From: Chiloscyllium plagiosum
Lineage: Eukaryota
Direction of reading: 5' to 3'
Length of the DNA: 64,000 bases
Assembly (NCBI RefSeq): GCF_004010195.1
Contig: NC_057755.1
Location: forward strand, 536,399-600,398
Below, piece by piece: positions 38,310 through 50,748 of the stretch. Position 1 is the stretch's first letter. Each line of letters starts with the position of its first letter. The position numbers and the translations under genes are program-made. Below the pieces are notes generated by a model. It was given only the letters and a program-made list of their open reading frames with translations. It had not been told where the DNA came from and did not search any database.

Positions 38310-39910
38310 ATGTTAAGATTTTAACATGAAGGCTCAGTTAGGGCGCTTAAGATATTTAATTTAGTTTGGAAGGAACTAAGGAGGTAACTCAGAAGAGCCA
38401 GGAAGGGATATGAGAAGTTGTTTGCAGATAGGATCAAAGAAAACCCTAAAGCTTTCTGTCGGTATATCAGGTATACAAGAATGTCGAGAGTAAGATTAAG
38501 ATCAATCAAGAACATGAGTAGACAGTTGTGAGTGGAGTCCGAGGAGATAGGAGAAGTGCTAAATGATTTTTTTTGTCAGTATTCACAATGGAAAAAGACA
38601 ATGTTATTGAGGAGAATACTGAGATAGAGGCTACTAGACTATATGGATAGAGATTCACAAGCAGGAGGTGTTCATAATTCTGGGAACTGTGAAAATAGAT
38701 AGGTCCCCTGGGCCGGATGGTATTTTCGGGGAAGCCGGGGAGGAGATTGCAGAGCCTTTAGCTTTGATCGTTTTGTCGTCATTGTCTACAGAAATAGTTC
38801 CAGAAAACTGGAGGACAGCAAATGTTGTTCCCTTGTTCAAGAAGAGGAGTAGAAGTAACCCTTGTAGAGATAGACCAGTGAGCCATACCATATAAAAATA
38901 ACAAACAGGAAGTTGACCCAAAGCAGTTACTGTTGGCGTGCCACAAGGATCTGTTTTGGGTCAACCTCCTGTTTCTTTTTTTTTATAAATGACCTGGATG
39001 TGGGCGGAGAAGGATGGGTTCGTAAATTTGCAGATGACACCGAAGTCAGTGGAGTTGTAGGTAGTACCGAAAATTGTTGCAGGTTCCAGATGGACATAGG
39101 TAAGCTGCAGAGCTGGGCTGACAAATGACAAATGGAGTTTAATGTGGAAAAGTGTGAGGTGATTCACTTTGCAAGGAGCAACAGGAATGAAGAGTACTGG
39201 CTAATGGTAAGATTCTTCGCATTGTAGATGAGCAGAGAGATCTCAGTATCCATGTATATAGATCCCTGAAATTTACAACAAGGTTGATAGGGTTGTTAAG
39301 CAGGCTTATGGTGTGTTATCTTTTCTTGGCCCAGGTAATGATTTTTGGAGCCTCGAGGTCATGTTTCAGCTGTACAAAGCTCTGGTGCGTAAACACGTGG
39401 AGTATTGCATACAGTTCTAGTCACCACATTACAGGAAAGACGTGGAAGCTTTGGAAAGGGTTCAGAGGCAGTTTACTGGGATGTTACCTGATATGGAGAG
39501 AAGCTGTTATGAGGAAAGGCTGAGGGACGTGAGGCAGTTTTCATTCGAACGAAGAAGGTGGAGAGATGACTTGATTGAGACATATAAGATAATCAGAGGG
39601 TTAGATAGTGTGGACAGTGGGATCCTCGGAGGGTGATGGCTAGTGCGAGGGGACATAGCTTTAAATTGAGCAGTGATAGATATAGGACAGATGTCAGGCG
39701 TATTTATCTTTACTCAGTGAGTAGTAGGGTCGTGGAATGCCCTGCTTACAACAGCAGTAGACTCACCAACTTCAAGGGAATTCGAATGGACATTGTATAA
39801 ACTTATGTATGAAAATAAGATAGTGTAGGATAGATAGGTTTCAGATTCGTTCCACAGGTCAGCGCACATCGAGGGCGGAAGAGCCTGCACTCCGCTGTAA
39901 TGTTCTACGT
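38310..39910 (+). mobile_element. CR1 ORF2 3' portion
   Basis: SPGPDGI, WRTANVVPLFKK, KFADDT, LERVQRQFT; tail near 39900. Confidence 0.9.
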
Positions 39911-42185
39911 TTGTGGGGATTGTTGCAGGAATTTGGAACAGTCATTAAGTTGGGATAGTCTGTTGGGTTTTCGGGTATATTAAGTTATTCTGTATTCTGT
40001 TCTCTTTTGTATGTGTTTCATTTGGTACTCTAAATAAATTCTGTTTTATGTAAAACCGAGGGGTATTGAACAGTTGTGTCACATACAAAACAATCATGCT
40101 GCTATACACAGGAACACATCTCCAAATAGAAAAAGAATCGCAGCACATATAGAAAAAAAACTCAGAATAAGAGACATTACACACCAACCTGCGAGACTTG
40201 ACAGAAAAATCTTTGATCCACACACATGCATATTCAAACACAATTGCTGAACCACAAACCCAATTGGATACAGACTGAAAGCGACACTCAAAAAGAAACA
40301 GAGACACATCCACAAAGAGACACCGAGAGACCCTACTGGAGGCACAGGAAGATCTTGACACATGCGCCAAACACAGTCTGAACAACATACTAACCTGCAT
40401 AAACAAGAGCACAAGGCAGATACACACCCCAGACTCTGATAATACACTCACACTCAGAGACACATTCACACAGATGGAGTCACAGAACCATGATGATATG
40501 CTGACAGCAACCACACAAACAGCATAAACGCAGATAGAACACAGCAGATGCACATTTGCAAAGCACAAACAGATGCATAATCACATAGGTACAGTAACAT
40601 ACACCCACATAAACACATTCAACTTCACGGAAACACTCTCACACAGAGCGTATAACATTCCCAAATGCATAAATACATGAATATGCAGTCACCAAAATAC
40701 TTGGCGATACACACAAAGGGAAACCTACATCCGATGCATAGACACCATCATAATGTGACCCATTCAGGGAAATATCCTACGACTAAACCGAGGGACACAC
40801 ACACAGTGGCATTGCCACAAAAGCAATAAGCCCCCCACGCACACAGACACACATACCGCCTCACATAACGAAAGGGAAACTCATGAACACACCTCCTGCA
40901 CAGCCACAGGGAGAGGAAAGGAAGATGATCAAGTTTCGGGAGTCGCACTTGTCGTAACATGTCAAGGTCTTGCTGGCTTTGTCTGTGCAGTTGGTATTTT
41001 GCAATGGTCACGGCCTGGGGAAAGATCACTAAATAACGGGTTTAGGAAGGAATTTGATTCAAGTGGTAGTACAACTGACCATGTTCTAAACAGAGACAAC
41101 ATGTTTCTGTCATGGTAAATGTGAGAAAAAGATGGAGAGTGTGAGGGAGAGACAGATTGAGCTACACAGAGAAACAAAGTAGGATAGACATAGAGGGAGA
41201 CTGAGAGACAGGTAGAGATAGAGAATGACAGACAGGGAGAGACACAGAGTGTGACAGTCAGAGAGAGAGAGAGAGACTGAGCAAGTAGCTTCGAGATGAG
41301 AGAGAGGGCGAGAGGATGAGCAGAACAGAGACAAAGACAGACTGTAAGAAGCAGAGAGAGATAGTGCAATAGCCTTGTGATGTGAGAAGACAGGAGGTAT
41401 ACTCAATAAACTCTTTCAAAACAAATGTGCATTTAACAATAACCAATTCAGATCAGGGAATTATCAGCACCCAGGGCATTTCTCTTGTTGTAAGAAAGTG
41501 TTTATTGTGAGATGAACAGAGAGAGTCTGACAATTATCATGGTGCAGGAGGAACAGTTTATGCTCTTCCCCTCCTCTGCGGAAAGGGAAATGCAGAGACA
41601 CTCCTGCCTCTCGTTAACACTCACCCACAGAGCAGTCCACGAAAACCCAATGTTTCAGCTGAACCCATTTCTCACATCCGGTCTGCTATTTCGAATCACT
41701 ACTCCAGCCTTTTTCCAACCTACCCAGCCCCTGGCAGTTACCTCTTGCCTCTTTGCCTGCTCTCCCGTTTTCAAGTCGATCAATATGGTTGAAGGTGGAG
41801 ATGGATAGCATCCTGTTAAAATTTGAAATGTCGTGGGTATGGCAATCAGGTTTACAAGGGACTATTACAATTGGATGAGCTGTAATTTTATGGGCTGGCA
41901 GGAGGACCAGACTTGAAGGGCTGACTGGCCTACTGCTGTTCACTGTCAGACACGGGGAGACACAGACAATCTGTCAGGCAATCAGGGATATCAGCGTGTT
42001 CCTGAGCTTCGTGAACGGTGACCCATTCTGTTACACCGCTCCCCATCCATCACTGGGTGTTATACTCAGATCCATGTGATTGTGCTGATGGAATCCGGCC
42101 GAACATATGGAAATTCTGCACTGGGAACTCAACGACTGCCTCTGGAGCTCTCTCAGTTGTTTTTCTGAGCCACTAAGTGGAAAAT

Positions 42186-42384
42186 TTACATGACCAGTTC
42201 CTGCACTGCATTCCTGAACTTCGCTCTGAACTTGGGCAGAGATGCTGCACAGAATAACGTGTACGTGCTGAACTTGAAATTCTTCAGCATTACACTGAAG
42301 TACGTAAAATGAAAGAATTGTTCTTCCAAAGATGTGTTCTTTTGATGCTATAGTATAAGGTGTTCGTACCTTGCAGTAAACACA
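42186..42384 (-). pseudogene. GPR139-like paralog 2, 3' part of exon 2
   Basis: TYTLFCAASLPKFRAKFRNAVQELVM* aligns with the C-terminus of the intact gene; frameshifted in ECL3. Confidence 0.88.
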
Positions 42385-42886
42385 TGTGCGAGATAAGCGG
42401 CTGTCCGACCTCATCTCCGGCACTTTTATTTCCCTTCCCAGGAACAAAGACACGGAGGAGTCTGTCCAAAACTTTTCATTCAACTTTGCAAAGTCGGGTG
42501 TTGTTCCCGTGGTTACACACACAAGCATAGTAATCTCCACGCATTATATACACGTATATGTGGGCTGGGTCTCCTACTGCTGTCTTGACCAATGAGTGCT
42601 AGGGTTCCCCACTGTTTTCCTTATTTGGGTTCTGGAGCCTGCGATTATTTTGTTATTCACTTGTCCAATCAGTGTTCGAGCTCCCCGTTCTTTCCTTATA
42701 TGGATGATGTTGTACAACTGTGGTAAAGGGCGGTCTCTCAACTATCGAGGAAAGCTGTTACAATTGTTTCATTCATAAAAACATGGGGGAGGTCCGGCAA
42801 CAGTTTCGAGTGTCTGCTTGTGTTTCCTATAAGGTAGAAAAGACTAAAATGCAGCTAACCGTTTAAAAATTACACTACCCCCTACA
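42385..42886 (-). repeat. ERV 3' LTR (502 bp)
   Basis: TGT...ACA; minus-strand CCAAT-like, TATA and AATAAA motifs; matches 49729-50082. Confidence 0.95.
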
Positions 42887-42920
42887 AATCCCCCGTGTCT
42901 TTTCTTACGGCCTGTAATTT

Positions 42921-44805
42921 TTAAACCGTAAGTTTCTTCTCCAGGGCATTTAATAACTCCCGAGCTTGTTCATCAAACTGTCCGTCTCTAATACTACCCC
43001 CGCCCAAGAGGGATTCACGTTGTTCCATCTCGAGATTCATTCGTTCAACCTGCCTATAGGGAACATCCCTCTTAGTCAGGGCGGTTTCGATCAGTCGTTG
43101 AGTTAATCCCCGGACGCAGGGAATAACGCAACAACCAAGGGCAGTGAGTACCCCTGCCACCACTATACATGAGACAAGAAAGGAAACGACCACCCCCGTC
43201 CATTTACCGAACCAAGCTTCCAACCAGTCCGTGAGGCCAGAGTCGATGCCCGAGTTTTCGGCCAGTTCGTCCGCCAATGTGGTCAGTCCATCCAGGGCGC
43301 GGGTGATGGACCCATCAGGGGCTGTGTTGTTGGGGATGAAAGTGCATCACTGAGTGCCTATCATGACACAAACACCCCCCTTCTCTGCCAACATCATGTC
43401 TAAGGCCAACCTATTTTCCCACGCCATCCTACTAGTGGCGTCCAGTTGTTCTACTATTCCTTTCACTGCATCTTGGGTATAATTAATGAACCTCTGCTGA
43501 TTGTAGTAAATATAATTAATCCAATCCACGTTCTTATTGATGGTCACCCACCAGAACAGTGACGACTCAAAACCCGCCGCTATCGGGTTCCTAGCCTTGT
43601 ATTCGTCAGGAACACCCCTGGGGACCCCTATGGCATCTAAATATATGTTATCATCGACAGAGGTCTCCAAAGCTCTCTCAGTCCACTGGAACGGGGTTGC
43701 TCTTGTTTTTCGAATGCCAGGGTGAATGGGATGGCCAATTGAACGATTGCAAAAGTGCCCGTCCATTTTCGGGGCAGGGTCGGTCGCAGAACCCTCCCAC
43801 CACAGTACCACCAGAGGTCTGCCCTAGGCACATGAATGTGGGAGTAATTCCCGCCCCCGGTAGTTTCATTGACCAGCCGAATTGATCCGCTGCACTTGTC
43901 AAATGTCCCCACATCGTTGTCCCACTGTAGTCCCGTCCGAGAGACGCAGGCCTGGTGCGTACCCGTTACCCCTGAGAATGATGGCGGGCAGGTCGCCACC
44001 TCAGACCTGACGGGGGGAAACTTCAAACTCAAGGGTCGACAAGTGGAGTCGTTCCAGGCCTCTCGGTCCTGGTACAGCCTTATCATGCAGTCCAAGGCTC
44101 GTGGGTGTTTCTCCCATCCCAGCGGGAATGGGACCACCTGAGGGTTAGGGCGGGCACCCGTGCATGCGTAGCAATCACGCTTTTTCATGCTCCTCACAGT
44201 ATATTTGACCCATTCCATCCAGGCATTCGGCTCCCCGTGTCCCGTTTCTATTTCAAAGGTCTTTTCCAAATCCGTCACCTCAATTATTCTAATCTTTTCC
44301 TGCTCATCGGTGGCGGATGAGCCCCCAGACTCAACTTCAATGATCGTGATACGCGTGCAGCACAGCTGCAACCCCTCCTGTTCTGCCTGGCCCCCAACCC
44401 TAATACCCAGGATTGTTCCATTAAGGCTCGTCCCGTTGTTTCCCAAGTTCTTTATGGTCAGATAGAGCGGATTGCCCACAATCCCGTCCAGGGGTGATGG
44501 GATCACGGACAACTGACATCATAGCCTGGACCCCGGGGGCTGGAGGCCTATGTATGCCTTCCCTACCATGCAATTGTAATACTAACGTCTGACCCTGGAA
44601 TCCCCTTTCTCTCTCTAGGTTCCGCTTAGTTTGATTCAGTTCTCTTTTAGTCCCACAGGGCACCAACCCACATAAGTCTAAGCTAAAAGTCAGAACCACT
44701 GATGTCCTCTGCTTGTTTTTTTCAGAGGCCAAATTGGGTAACATGCGCACTATGACCCAGCCCAAGGATAATGGCATAGCAAGTTAACAATACGATTGAC
44801 CGCAT
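42921..44805 (-). pseudogene. env: ERV env (frameshifted, one nonsense codon)
   Basis: Signal-like MRSIVLLTCYAIILGLGHS, CYAC, DAIGVPRGVPDEYKARNPIAAGFES, ISD WENRLALDMMLAEKGGVC, CX6CC broken by TGA, transmembrane anchor. Confidence 0.92.
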
Positions 44806-44873
44806 TTTGTTGCGACACCTGTAGCCAGAGGGCACAGTTCCTTTAGACTCGCCAAAGTCCGATTAGTTTGTTC

Positions 44874-47800
44874 TCAGGGTCTCTGTTCCTTCGATGCCTT
44901 TGTCAGAGAGGTTCGTTCGTCCTCCGTCGGTTGTGGCACTGGTCCCTTGACTCGAGTGTAATGTGTCCAGCCCTTTTCGGCCGTACGGACAGCCGTTTCG
45001 GAAGTCAAAAGTACCAGGAAGGGACCGTCCCAAGTTGGTTCGAGGGTCCGTTGCTTCCAGCTTTTCATCAGGACCCACTGGCCCGGCTTGACGGTGTGCA
45101 CCGCAAACTCGAGGGGCGGCGTCTCTGCCAAAAGTCCCTGTTGGCGTAAACGAGATAGATCAGACCCCAGAGCCACCACATATTTTTGCACAAACATGCC
45201 CCGAGACTCGAATCAGGAGGTTCCCCCTTCGGCCCATGGAACGGGAGGCCAAACAGCATTTCGAAAGGGGAGACGCCCAAATCCCGCCTTGGCTGGGTGC
45301 GAATTTGCAATAGGGCAAGGGGTAGGCATTTGGTCCAAGGCAGGCCGATTTCACTAGTGAGTTTGTTTAGCTGCTTTTTGATGGTCTGGTTCATTCTTTC
45401 GACCTTGCCCGAGGAGGGGGGATGCCAGGGGGTGTGCAAATCCCAGTCAATCCCCATTGCTTGCACTACATTCTGGAGGACGGTCGAGGTGAAGTGGCTC
45501 CCCTGGTCAGAGTCAATAGCGCGGGGTAGCCCAAATCGTGGGATGATTTGTTCGAGTAGAATTTTGCTAACCTGAGTTGCCGTTGCCGTGGCAGTGGGGA
45601 AAGCTTCCACCCAGCCTGTCAGGTGATCTACTATTACTAATAGATACTTCAGGCGACCTATGGGGGGGAGCTCAGTGTAATCTACCTGGACATACTCAAA
45701 CGGCCTATAGGCTGGACTCCTACCCCCTTGTCTTGAATGCTGCCGCAGCCCCCTTTTGTTAATCTTTCGACATGTTATGCAATCTCCTGTGACCTGCTTG
45801 GCTACCGTGTACAGACCAGGGTGAGCATATCGGCGCAGGAAGGTATCACACAGTGCCTGGGCGCCCCAGTGACCCCCTTGGTGTAGACGGGCAATAACGT
45901 CCCGCGTCAACGGTCGATTTAATAGCTGGCGGCCATCGGGTAAGGTCCACTTCCCTTCCTTATCCTTTGTACCCCCCAGAGACGCAAGAAGAGTTTCTTC
46001 TTTGTCAGTAAACGTGGACACTTCGGTAATTTCGGATATCTGGGGAATCCTTACCAGGCCGTTTATTACTTCCTTCCCCATCCCGGCCAATTTTGCCTGT
46101 TCATCTGCCAATTGATTCCCCAGGGTCTCTATTTTATCGTCTTTCTGGTGCCCTTTCACATGTACTACAGCAATCTCTTGTGGCAGCAACAAATCCTCCA
46201 AGATCATGGCTACTAGTTCCTCGTGGACCAATTCCTTTCCTCTACTATTTATCATTCCCCTTTCCTTCCAGATCATCCCAAAGGTGTGTACTACCCCAAA
46301 GGCATACTTAGAGTCAGTGTAGATTGTCCCGGCTATTCCCTTTAAATTCCTCAGAGCCCGGTGCAAGGCGTACAATTCGCACGTTTGTGCGGACCAGGCA
46401 TTCGGTAGCCGTCCACTTTCCACTAATTCCCAACCAGTCTCACTAATGACTGCATAAAGGTTGTGTCTTTTCCCATCTATCACTCGAGAGGACCCGTCAA
46501 TGCACCACCGCCTTCCTGCATGTAAGGGGGTATCCCTCAGATCTTCCCTCACTTTACTCTGGTACTCTATTATGTCTGAACAGCAGTGTTCCAGTTCCTC
46601 CTCCCCTTCCCCTTGCCAAAGAAAGTCCGCAGGGTTCTGGCAGCCCCCGACTTCTATTCGGAGGTCTTCTCGGTCTAACAATATGGCTTCATATTTCAGA
46701 ATTCTCGAGTCAGTCAGCCACCTCCCGGCCTTCTGATTCAGGATAGTTCTAACCTGGTGGGGAGTAGTGACTGTTAAGGAGGCCCCGAAAGTCAACTTGC
46801 TGCTTTCCTCTACCAGCTTTGCCGTGGCTGCCACCGCTTGGACACACTTCGGCCACCCTCGGGAGACTGGATCCAGAATCTTTGACAGGAAAGCCACGGG
46901 CTTCCTTTTCCCCCCCCCAATCCTGGGTCAATACTCCAAGAGCGGTTCCCTTCCTGGAGTTCAGAAAGAGAGGAAATGTCTTACTAAAATCCGGCAAGCT
47001 TAAAACAGGTGCGGTCATCAATTTTTCTTTTAGGATTCCAATTAACTTTTTCTCCTCCTCCAACCCATTTTATTCTGTTGGGTGCCTCCTCAATGCGTTT
47101 TAGGTACAAGTCTTTAGTAAGGGGGGCATAGTCGTCTATCCATAACCGACAATAGCCTAAGAGTCCCAAGAACTTCCGCAACTCCCTCTTGGTCGTTGGG
47201 AGGCCTAGTTCGATTATTGCCCGCACTCTTTCCGGACTTATTCGTTTCTGTCCCTGGCTTATCAAGTGTCCCAGGTACTTAACCTCTTTCTCGACATATT
47301 GGAGCTTCTTCTGACTCACTCTTAACCCCTTCTCAGCTAGGTAATTTAACAGGGCATTAGTCCCAAGTAGGACGTCCTCCTCCGCGGGTCCGGTTAAAAG
47401 GAGATCGTCCACGTATTGTATAAGCTTAAGGGCCGGAGACAAGGTTAGTCCCTCCAATAATTGTTCCAGAATCTGCCCGAGCAGAGTCGGGGACTCAGTG
47501 AATCCTTGGGGGAGCACGGTCCACCTGTACTGCTGTTTTCTGCCAGTATCAGGATCCTCCTATTCAAAAGCAAAAAGATCCCTACTGTCCTTGTCCAGGG
47601 GGCACGCCCAGAAGGCATCCTTTAAGTCTATAACACTAAACCAACCGTGGTTCGGGGGTATTCGCCCCAGAATAGTGTATGGGTTCGGTACCACAGGGTG
47701 CCGTACTTGGACAATTTTATTTATTTCCCTTAGGTCTTGGACCATTCGGTAGCTCCCGTCCGACTTCCGGACCGGCAGGATGGGGGAATTGTATCGTGAC

Positions 47801-48377
47801 ATACAGGGCTCTACCAAACCATCTTTTATTAGGTCTTCCATAACTGTCTTCAGGCCCTGCCTCCCTTCCCAAGAGATGGGGTATTGGCGCACTCTGACGT
47901 CGGGGCTCTGGGGCCTTAATTTTACCTCCACAGGTCGTTTTGCGAGTCCCTCCCGGTTCCCTTTGGCGACCCAAACCCTAGGGTCTATCTCTGTCAATCG
48001 GGACTCACTAAGGTATGACATGGTAACAGCTAATTCTTCCTCTCCTCCCACTTCTATTCGTAATCCGAAACGGACTATCAAATCCCGTCCCAACAACCCA
48101 TAGGGAAGATGGGGGAGGTGAAGGAGTTCCACCTGGAGCTCCTCCTCCTCCAGCCGCAAGGGTTGTGGTTCGAATATTTTCGCACTAAAACCCCACCCTT
48201 AACTCCTGAAATGTTTAATGTTTTAGCTTGGAAGCAAACCCCCCTAGGATGGAGGGGAATTGAGGACCTGCCGGCGCCTGTGTCAACTAAGAAGATAACA
48301 TCTTGTCTAAATGGGCCCACCCGTAAATTTACCAGGGGTTCTTGGTAGGCCCGTGTTCTGATCCTCCCCTGACTTCC
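44874..48377 (-). pseudogene. pol: ERV pro-pol (protease, RT, RNase H, integrase), disrupted
   Basis: FLVDTGA; LPQGF, YVDD; IDGSS, YTDSKY; HHCC, QVDY, DSDQGSHF, SGKVERMN, GPF; at least 4 frameshifts and a TAG at 47560. Confidence 0.96.
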
Positions 48378-49303
48378 CTAATCCATTTGTTCACGCTCCA
48401 TTTCATTCATCCCTTCTTTTTCCCTTTTAAACTCGGGACAATCCCTTTTGAAGTGTCCCAGTTTCCCGCAATGGTAACATCCGACCACCTGAGGCCGCTC
48501 AATTCCATAAGATCCTCCTCTCTCACTTCTGCCCCGTCTCGCTCCTCTCCCTCTCCAACTGGGGTCGTCCAGTAGACGGGGTAGTTCGTTACGGAGTTGC
48601 CGGATATCCCCAGAATTTAAAGGTTGTACTACGAACCCGGTCCGTTCATTCCCAAACGGCACCTCTTGTAAGGGGTTCAGCTGTTCAATATTGTCACTCC
48701 TCCCAGCTCTCAATCCCTCTTCTCGACCTTTCCGCATAGAACATAGAACATAGAAGAATACAGCGCAGTACAGGCCCTTCTCACTGGTCGTAGCCTGCTG
48801 GGAATCGGATTTATCCGTCGCAGGAGGGAGGTCCGCGCTGGACGCCTGGTCGTGCGCGGGTGGTATATACGGGGGCGGGGCGGACGGTGGCAAACCGTCG
48901 GTGAGAATGTCCCAAGTCTTCTGGGGCTTCCTCGGGTCTGTTTGGGGAATCAGAGGATAGAGACGCGTGGGACTCTCGCCGTCGCCCGCCAACCAGGCGG
49001 CGGCGTATTTGCTCTCTTCTGGGTCAAACGGTTGTTTTCTGTTAACATATACATTTAGGATTTGACACACCCAGTCTTCATCAGACCCATACTCGGGCCA
49101 AACTACCGAGGGGGCGCGGATAGGTTCTTTGGTCCATATAAAACAACAATATTTTATCATGATCTCTTTCTTTAAGTCATTTGTTCTACTACTGTCCGTC
49201 CATAGACTTAACTTCGACCTAATGGACTATCGGGGGGTATTTCTTTCCCATTTGCACTCTTCCCTGACTTCTCCTTAGTAAATCTAGAAGTCTGATTTCC
49301 CAT
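48378..49303 (-). pseudogene. gag: ERV gag (frameshift near start, capsid largely deleted)
   Basis: MGNQTS start at 49303, IPPDSPLGR, PSAPPPY late domains, single CYHCGKLGHFKRDC knuckle, TAG at 48380-78. Confidence 0.92.
48735..48780 (-). mobile_element. 46-bp CR1/SINE 3' tail inside gag
   Basis: GAAGGGCCTGTACTGCGCTGTATTCTTCTATGTTCTATGTTCTATG on the minus strand, like the CR1 ends at ~15810 and ~39880. Confidence 0.85.
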
Positions 49304-49307
49304 GGTC

Positions 49308-49597
49308 TATCTTCGGTCCTGGTCTTAAACGCCTAAAACGTTTTCACAGATGACCGTCAAAACCACAATTTCCCGTGGTTTATCTTCGGTCCTGGTCTTA
49401 AACGCCTAAAACGTTTTCACAGATGACCGTCAAAACCACAATTTCCCGTGGTTTATCTTCGGTCCTGGTCTTAAACGCCTAAAACGTTTTCACAGATGAC
49501 CGTCAAAACCACAATTTCCCGTGGTTTATCTTCGGTCCTGGTCTTAAACGCCTAAAACGTTTTCACAGATGACCGTCAAAACCACAATTTCCCGTGG
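49308..49597. repeat. Four identical 73-bp tandem units in the ERV leader, running into a gap
   Basis: Units start at 49308, 49381, 49454 and 49527. Confidence 0.95.
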
Positions 49598-49728
49598 NNN
49601 NNNNNNNNNNNNNNNNNNNNNNNNNNNNNNNNNNNNNNNNNNNNNNNNNNNNNNNNNNNNNNNNNNNNNNNNNNNNNNNNNNNNNNNNNNNNNNNNNNNN
49701 NNNNNNNNNNNNNNNNNNNNNNNNNNNN
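49598..49728. other. Assembly gap hiding the ERV PBS and the 3' end of the 5' LTR
   Basis: Run of N. Confidence 1.
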
Positions 49729-50082
49729 TAATCTCCACGCATTATATACACGTATATGTGGGCTGGGTCTCCTACTGCTGTCTTGACCAATGAGCTAGGG
49801 TTCCCCACTGTTTTCCTTATTTGGGTTCTGGTGCCTGCGATTATTTTGTTATTCACTTGGCCAATCAGTGTTCGAGCTCCCCGTTCTTTCCTTATATGGA
49901 TGATGTTGTACAACTGTGGTTAAGGGCGGTCTCTCAACTATCGAGGAAAGCTGTTACAATTGTTTCATTCATAAAAACATGGGGGAGGTCCGGCAACAGT
50001 TTCGAGTGTCTGCTTGTGTTTACTATAAGGTAGAAAAGACTAAAATGCAGCTAACCGTTTAAAAATTACACTACCCCCTACA
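49729..50082 (-). repeat. ERV 5' LTR (visible part)
   Basis: Differs from 42531-42886 by 4 substitutions and one 2-bp indel. Confidence 0.95.
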
Positions 50083-50748
50083 CACAGATATATGAAACTA
50101 ATGGATATGGTGAAGACGGAAATCACTGACTTCCTCCGGCTTTCCATCTCTGAATCTTTATGAATCTCTCCATCCCTCTGACGTCTTATGCTCTTGTGGA
50201 CTTTACTGGCCAATAAAATATACGTGACCGTCAGAGTGTTCATCAACAGAATGAATACGGATGGAATGAAAGGGGTTAAAATGATATCAAGCAACTTAAC
50301 CTCCAGTCACCTGGGATCAGTAAAATAACTTGACTTTGTTTGACGGTGCCATTTAACATTACCAATTATCCTCCCAAAACTAGAAGGGAATGCTTTTTGA
50401 ACAGAGCAGATTGCCAGTTGCGGCCAGAGCCATACCCAAGGATTTGTCTGTCCATGTTTTTTAAAATTATTTTCAGGCAGCAAATATCCACAAAACGATC
50501 AAAGGATAAAAGGGCAGTGAACCTGACGGAATAGTCTGTACCTGCACGAGCCAGGACAAAGTCAGCACTGTACACACTGGTGAGATCCAGGAAACACCTA
50601 GGGAAGTAAACGTATATGAGTTGCCACAGTATGATTTTCGTCAGAATGAACAGGTGATGCGACGTTGCCATAGCCAACAGGCAGCGTGTTGTGTGTTTAA
50701 AGAGGCCACACTTTTCATGTGTGAGAACAAAAATGACTAGGAAATTAA
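50083..50748 (-). pseudogene. GPR139-like paralog 2, 5' part of exon 2
   Basis: Acceptor CCACCAG|TT AAT; VNFLVIFVLTHEKCGL, SFDRF, LTPFIP, DSEMESRRKS; frameshifts in the TM4 region. Confidence 0.9.

Larger units (their letters stand above)
42385..50082 (-). mobile_element. Near full-length class I (HERV-I-like) endogenous retrovirus
   Basis: Two LTRs, 4-bp TSD CACA (42381-84 and 50083-86), gag-TAG-pro-pol-env order, PPT at 42887-42904. Confidence 0.96.

Noticed and set aside
42921..44805. Co-opted syncytin-like env
   Set aside because: Frameshifts, a stop in CX6CC, and location within a decaying provirus.
47560..47562. TGG to TAG in RT as APOBEC-type hypermutation
   Set aside because: A single event; other Trp codons are intact.
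49308..49597. CRISPR-like array
   Set aside because: Units are contiguous and identical with no spacers; this is a eukaryotic retroviral leader.
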